64,000 nt of DNA from Felis catus (lineage: Eukaryota), in assembly GCF_018350175.1 (NCBI RefSeq), contig NC_058383.1:186001-250000 (forward strand), given 5' to 3'. The notes under the pieces were generated by a model. The model did not search any database. It saw only the letters and a list, made by a program, of their open reading frames with translations, and was not told the DNA's origin. A program made the position numbers and the translations under genes. Numbering within the stretch: the first letter of the stretch is position 1; each line of letters begins with the position of its first letter. Below are positions 60,316-64,000 of the stretch, in pieces.

Positions 60316-63300
60316 CCAACAGCACACACATGGTTTAGAGAATCGGTGAAGAAATACTCGGCACAGAATGTGGAATATCAACAGGTCATTTCCAAAGCGC
60401 GACTGCAGCTGCACGAGAGGATTCCTGAAGCCTACCCAAAGGGTGGCCCATACACGTGTCTCGGCTTGGAACCCAGAGATTAATCCTGACCAGCACCCTC
60501 CCTTGTGTACTCCACTCAGCCCTTCAGGGAGAAAATGGCTCTGCTGTGGGGTAATTGCCTGGAGCCTCCTGGGACCTAACCATAACCCTACCCAGAACAC
60601 TCACCCTACACCTAACACTATCTATCACACTAACTCTACACCAGACCCACATCTGAGCATGTGCACTTACTTCAGCCCTCCAGCGATTTCACAACACTGA
60701 TGACAGTATAAGCCTGGAGATGTCCCTGGACCGAACCCTAATCCTAGCTAAGGATCTCTCCTCATGGGGACCCAATTCCAAACTCTGACAAGAGCACACA
60801 CACATGTTTGAGAATCAGTGCAGAATAACTCGGCACGGAACTTGGAAAATCACCATGTCATTTCCAAAGCACAACTGCAGCTACAAGAGAGGATTTCTGA
60901 GGACTAACCGAAGAGCGTACCAAAAAGTTGTCTGGCCTTGGAACCCAAAGACTAATCCTGACTGGAACCCTCCCTAGTGTACTCCACTCAGCTCTTCGGG
61001 GAGACAACTGCTCTGCTGTGGGTTCAGTGCCTGGAGCTCCTGGGACCTAGCCCTAACCCTAACCGTAACCCTAACCATGACCCTCAACCTACACATAACC
61101 CTATCTATCACACTAACCCAGATCCACAGCTGCACATGTGCCCTCACGTCAGCCTTCCATGGATTTCACAACACTGGTGTCACTTCGGCCCTGGCGATAT
61201 GCCTGGACCGAACTGTAACTCTAGTGAAGACTCTTTACCCATGGGAACCCAATTTAAAAGTCTGACAACAGCACGCACACAGGTTCGGAAATTGGTGCAG
61301 AAATACTCGGCATGGAACCGGGAACATCACCATGTAATTTCGAAAGCGCGACCTCAGCTACAAAGCGGATTTCTGAGGCCTACCTGAAGACTGTCTCATA
61401 CACTTCTCTGGCTTGGACACAAAGAGTATTCCTACCTGGCACCCTCCCTAGTGGACTCGACACAGCCATTTGTGGAGACAACTGCACTCTTGTGTGTTCA
61501 GTGCCTGGAGGTTCCTGGGACCTAACCCGAACCCTAACCATAACCCTCAACCTAGACCTAACCCTACCTCTCACCCTAACCCTACACTTGATCCGCACGC
61601 TTGCCTGGACCCTCAAATTCAGCGCTCCCGGGAGATCACAAGACTGCAGGCACTTCAGCCCTGGCGACATCACTGGACCGAACCCTAACCCTGGTTAAGG
61701 CTCTCTCCCCATGAGGACCCAATTCCAAAGTCTGGCAACAGCACGCAAATTGGCTCCTGGATCGGTGCAGAAATACTTGGCATGGAACCTGGAACATGAC
61801 CATGTCATTTCCAAAACGCGACTGCAGCTACAAGAGAGGATTTCTCAGGCCTACCTGAAGAGCGACCCATTAAGTGTCTGCCTTGGAACCCAAAGACTAA
61901 TCCTAACTGGCACCCTCCCTAGTGCACTCGGTGTAGCCACTCGGAAAGCCAACTGCACTGTTGTGAGTTCAGTCCCTAGAGCCTCCTGGGACCTAACCCT
62001 AACCCTAACCATAAACATAACCATAACCCTCACCCTACACCTAAACCTATCTATCACACTATAACTAAACCAGACCCACAACCGCTCATGGGCCCTCACA
62101 TCAGCCCTCCATGGAATTCACACCACTGATGTCCCTTCAGCACTGGCTACGTCCATGGACCGAACTCTAACCCTAGCTAAGGCTCTCTCCCCATGAGGAC
62201 CCAATTCCAAAGTCTGACAACCACACGATCACCGGTTCGAGACTCGGTGCAGAAATACTTGGCATGGAACGTGGAACATCACCAAGTCATTTGCAAAGCA
62301 TGACTGCAGCTGCACAAGAGGATTCCTGAGGCCTACCCAAAGGGTAGCTCATATATTTGTCTGGCCTTGGAACCGAAAGACTAACCCAGACCGGCACCCT
62401 CCTTCTGTAGTCAACTTAGCCCTTCAAGTAGACAACTGCTCTGCTGTGGGGTCAGTGCCTGGAGCCTCATGGGACCTACCAATAACCCTAACCGTAACCC
62501 TAACCATAAACCTCATCCTACACTTAACCCTATCTCTAATCCCAACCATACACTTGAACCGTACCCTCTCATGGGCCCTCAATTCAGCCCTCGAGGGAGA
62601 TCACGAAACTGGGGTCGATTTAGCCCTGGCGACGTCCCAGGACCAAACCCTAACCCTAGTATAGGCTCTCTCCCCATGAGGACCCAATTCCAAAGTCTGA
62701 CAACGACACGCATATGGGTTCAAGAATCGGTGCAGGAATACTTGGCATGGAACATGGAACATCATCATGTAAGTTGCGAAGCGTGACTGCAGCGGCACGA
62801 GAGGATTCCTGAACCTACCTGAAGGGTGGCCCATACATTTGTCTAGCCTAGAAACCCAAAGACTACTCCTGACATGCACCCTCCCTTGGGTGCTCCACTC
62901 AGCACTTCATGGAGACAACTGCTCGGCTGTGGGTTCAGTGCCTGGAGACTAGTGGGACCTAACCCTAACCCTAACCTTAACCCTAAAACTTATCCCTCAA
63001 CCTACACCTAACCCTACCTCTAAACCTTAACCAACACATGACCCACACACTGGCATGGCCCCTCAATTGAGCCCATGAGGGAAATCACGAAACTTAAGTC
63101 GCTTCAGCCCTGGCGACATCCGGGAATGAACCCTAACCCTGGCTAAGGCTATCTCCCCATGGGGACCCAATTCCAAAGCCTGACAACAGCACGTACATGG
63201 GTTCGAGAATCAGTGCAGAAATACGTGGCATGGAACGTGGAACACCACCATGTCTCTTTCAAAGTCAACTGCAGCTGCACGAGAGGATTCCTGAGGCCTC

Positions 63301-64000
63301 ACCGCAGGGTGGCCCACACTTTTGGCCTAGGAACCCAAAGACTAATTCTGATTGGCACCCTCCCTGGTGGTGGGTGCCTAACCCTAACCCTACTGGGAAC
63401 TAACCCTAACCCTAACCCTCACCCTAGCTATAATTCTTTCCCCATGGGGACCCAGTTCAAACATCTGACAACAGCACACACACAGGTTCAAGAATCGGTG
63501 CAGATATATTCGGCATGGAACTTGGAACATCACCATGTCATTTCTAAAGAATGACTAGAGCTGCACCAGAGGAATGGTGAGGCCTACCCGACCAGTGGCC
63601 CATAGAGTTGTCTGGCCTTGGAACCCAAAGACTAATCAGGGCCGGCACTCACCCGTGTGCCCTCAACTCAGCCCTTCGGGGAGACCACTGCACCGCTGTG
63701 GGTTCATCGCCTGGAGCCTCCTGGGACCTGACCCTAACCATAACCCTACCCCGAACCGTACCCTCCACCGAAACCTAAGCCTGCCTCGATCCCTGACCCT
63801 GGATTTGAGCCGCCTTCTGTCATGGGCCCTCACTTCAGCCCTCGAGGGAGATCACGATACCGGAGTCGCTTCGGCCCTGGCGACATCCCGGCCCGAAACC
63901 CTAACCCTAGCTAAGGCACTCTCCCCATGGGGACCCAATACCAAAATGTGAAAACGCCACGCGCCTAGGGTTCAAAAGCGGTGCAGGCTCACTTGTCATG
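60316..64000 (-). repeat. FA-SAT-like satellite array, inverted relative to the first (CCCTAA on +); runs off the window
   Basis: catgggccctca variants at ~60658, 61135, 61604, 62087, 62570, 63054 and 63821 (periods 477, 469, 483, 483, 484, then 767 across a truncated unit). Confidence 0.92.

Noticed and set aside
1..64000. Assignment to a specific chromosome such as Y
   Set aside because: The repeat load and satellite are compatible with sex-chromosome or subtelomeric heterochromatin, but no diagnostic gene is present.

Overview
Mammalian, almost certainly felid, repeat-dense DNA with no intact cellular gene. The lineage is inferred from the carnivore CAN-SINEs of the cat type and the ~480-bp TAACCC-containing FA-SAT-like satellite. 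Main contents: (1) two oppositely oriented ~480-bp satellite arrays (15.8-25.8 kb and 60.3-64 kb); (2) many decayed L1 pieces and about 17 SINEs; (3) a split ERV gag-pol remnant; (4) an SNRPD1 processed pseudogene; (5) an old, unidentified ~3-kb module present in three copies; (6) two phase-compatible exon remnants resembling the MIA3/TANGO1-cTAGE coiled coil; (7) one very young full-length L1 (30.9-37.1 kb) with an intact ORF2 but an ORF1 broken by a 225-bp copy of its own 5'UTR. The most unusual details are two locally templated insertions, a 25-nt tailless U6 retrocopy inside a satellite monomer, a SINE-tail-like 3' extension on the young L1, and mirror-image subfamily layering of the two satellite arrays. 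I see no evidence for a new multi-gene system; the novelty is in insertion/repair footprints and unidentified duplicated sequence. All identities were judged by eye.
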